From NCBI RefSeq assembly GCF_000015225.1, contig NC_008698.1, positions 300,001-332,000 on the forward strand: a stretch of DNA of 32,000 nucleotides, read 5' to 3'. The translations under genes were made by a program, and so were the position numbers. Each line of letters begins with the position of its first letter. Positions within the stretch are counted from its first letter, which is position 1. The notes beneath the pieces are model-generated. The model ran no database searches, had not been told where the DNA came from, and worked only from the letters and a program-made list of their open reading frames with translations. The DNA comes from Thermofilum pendens Hrk 5. GTDB lineage: Archaea > Thermoproteota > Thermoprotei > Thermofilales > Thermofilaceae. Below are positions 30,486 to 32,000 of the stretch, piece by piece.

Positions 30486-31837
30486 CTCGCTCCCGGGTAG
30501 TGGTCAAACTCGGACCTTTCAGATATTTCGAACGCTAGGTTCGCAGTGAACAGTCTCTGAATTTCCTCTGGGTCCTCGGTTTGCCCTAGGATCCAGCTGA
30601 GCTTCACGTAAGCTGTCTCCGGAATCATGTCGCCGGCGGGAACAACACCTGCTTTTATCAGCTCGACCCCCGTCCTGTAGACGTTCATGTTAACCCTGCC
30701 GAAAATGCACTGGGAAGCCATAGCTACGAACACCCCTTCGCGAACGAGCCTCCTTACGCTGTCTATGAGAGCTGTGCTAACGTGGCCTAGACCCGTTCCC
30801 TCTATGACTAGCCCCTTGAAGCCCTTCTCAAGGTAAAAGTCGAAAATATCAGGAGACATTCCGGGGTAGAACTTGACGAGCGCGACCTTATCGCTAAAAC
30901 TAGCCTGTACGACCACGTCATCGCCCCTACCTTTATACGTGCTCGTAGAGAGCTTCAGGCTGCCTCGAAGAGGGTCCACCTCGGCTATAGGCTTTGAATT
31001 AATACTCATGAACGCATCCCTCCTGCTGGTATGCATCTTGCGGGCGCGCACGCCTCTGTGAACCAGTATAGTATCATCGTTCACGCTTCCGTGCATGGCT
31101 ATAACGGATTCAGCAAAAGGTGCATGAACGGCTACCACTGTGGCGCCGATCACGTTGAGCGCCGCGTCGCTCGAAGGCCTATCAGAAGACCTCTGTGCTC
31201 CAACGAAGACTATAGGTCCTGGGGCTTCCTGAACCGCGAACGCCATAGCGGCTGCAGAGTAGTGAAGAGTATCCGTTCCGTGCGCGACGACTACGCCTTT
31301 AACGTCGCTCTCCCGGCGGAAAATCTCTCCTATCTTGCTGGCTAGCTGTTGCCAGTGAGACGGGGTCATGTCCTCGCTGAATATGCTAAATAGGGTTTCA
31401 GAGGAAATCCGGGCAAGCCGTTTAAGTTCGGGGATCATCGAGTAAAGTTCTTCGGCCGTAAAGTAGGGGTAAACGGCGCCAGTAACGTAGTCGACGCGCG
31501 AGGCTATAGTGCCCCCTGTCCCCACAAAGAAAACCCTGGGTTCAGGCTGCCCGAAGTCCTCCTGTGAGCCCTCCTCCTCACCGGGAGTTGGCGCTTCTCG
31601 AGGACTAAACTTCTCCAGAAGCTCTACGCTCACTATTCTCTGAAGAGATATACCGATATTGTAGCCATTGTCAAGCTTTAAGACTACGACGTCCGGATCC
31701 CCGAACGCCGGGCGTGGCATGAGTAATCCTTCAAGTACTAGCCCATCGGCAAGTTTGATCTTCACTCTGTCGAAGAACGCCGCACCCACAGAGTCGAGGA
31801 GCTCTTTGACCTTTTCGCTATACCCCTGGGACATCAA
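30479..31837 (-). CDS. gatD: Glutamyl-tRNA(Gln) amidotransferase subunit D (asparaginase-like)
   Basis: Asparaginase-type motifs VGTGGTIAS and HGTDTLHYSAAA. 452 aa, immediately upstream of gatE. Confidence 0.9.
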   Translation of the reverse strand: MMSQGYSEKVKELLDSVGAAFFDRVKIKLADGLVLEGLLMPRPAFGDPDVVVLKLDNGYNIGISLQRIVSVELLEKFSPREAPTPGEEEGSQEDFGQPEPRVFFVGTGGTIASRVDYVTGAVYPYFTAEELYSMIPELKRLARISSETLFSIFSEDMTPSHWQQLASKIGEIFRRESDVKGVVVAHGTDTLHYSAAAMAFAVQEAPGPIVFVGAQRSSDRPSSDAALNVIGATVVAVHAPFAESVIAMHGSVNDDTILVHRGVRARKMHTSRRDAFMSINSKPIAEVDPLRGSLKLSTSTYKGRGDDVVVQASFSDKVALVKFYPGMSPDIFDFYLEKGFKGLVIEGTGLGHVSTALIDSVRRLVREGVFVAMASQCIFGRVNMNVYRTGVELIKAGVVPAGDMIPETAYVKLSWILGQTEDPEEIQRLFTANLAFEISERSEFDHYPGARW

Positions 31838-31856
31838 GCTATAACTCTAAGCCCAC

Positions 31857-31868
31857 CCTATAAATAAA
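31857..31868 (-). promoter_or_regulatory. TATA-box-like element upstream of gatD-gatE
   Basis: The minus strand reads TTTATTTATAGG about 25 nt upstream of the ATG at 31837 (leaderless arrangement). Confidence 0.5.
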
Positions 31869-32000
31869 GCGCGGAAAGGGGAGGACTAGATGCTCGTTCT
31901 TTCTTGGTTTTTTGCTTCCTGTCCACGGCGCGCGTAAGCCGTGAAACCCTTTACCGCCTCTCGCGCGATAAATTTAAAAGGAATAAGCTTGCTCTCTTTC

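Noticed and set aside
31924-31943. Hairpin CACGGC-GCGCGTAA-GCCGTG preceded by a T-run near the right edge
   Set aside because: It could be a terminator or part of a neighbouring promoter region. The relevant gene lies outside the window, so no call can be supported.
1-32000. CRISPR arrays, transposases, integrases, IS-type terminal inverted repeats, and recognisable defence or toxin-antitoxin genes
   Set aside because: Reading the whole window, I saw no regularly spaced direct repeats and no ORF with transposase, integrase, Cas or TA-like motifs. The only tRNA-adjacent genes are housekeeping genes, with no integrase next to either tRNA.

Overview
This is an archaeal chromosomal window, read by eye and by motif recall only; no searches were run. 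TATA-box promoters sit about 25-35 nt upstream of many start codons, which suggests leaderless transcripts. Together with GatD/GatE, e-type ribosomal proteins, an Rpo8/RpoG-like subunit and tRNAs with introns at non-canonical positions, this points to a hyperthermophilic Thermoproteota/TACK lineage, possibly Thermofilum-like. The lineage call is inference. Left to right the window holds: a partial SF2 helicase; a DedA-like membrane protein; a small Cys4 protein; a PPP-family phosphatase; class III ribonucleotide reductase NrdD; and ADP-forming acetyl-CoA synthetase alpha. Next comes a split, convergent A-type ATPase locus, with atpI-atpK on the + strand facing atpA-atpB-atpD-atpC on the - strand, and an unusually long 943-aa subunit I. 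After that is a five-gene cluster of membrane or secreted proteins of unknown role: a transglutaminase-fold protein, a Zn-ribbon membrane protein, a coiled-coil protein, an M48/M56-like HExxH protease and a 643-aa surface protein. A + strand array of information-processing genes follows: tRNA-Asn with two insertions, a tailed histone, S17e, tRNA-Leu with a non-canonical intron, an Rpo8-like gene, an orphan 91-aa gene, RpoF, DUF655 and Pus10. The window ends with L21e, archaeosine TGT, a PAC2-like protein, S8e, SRP19, GatE and GatD. I saw no CRISPR array, transposase, integrase or obvious defence genes. The best candidates for something undescribed are the envelope/proteolysis cluster at 14966-20418 and the doubled cytoplasmic domain of ATPase subunit I.
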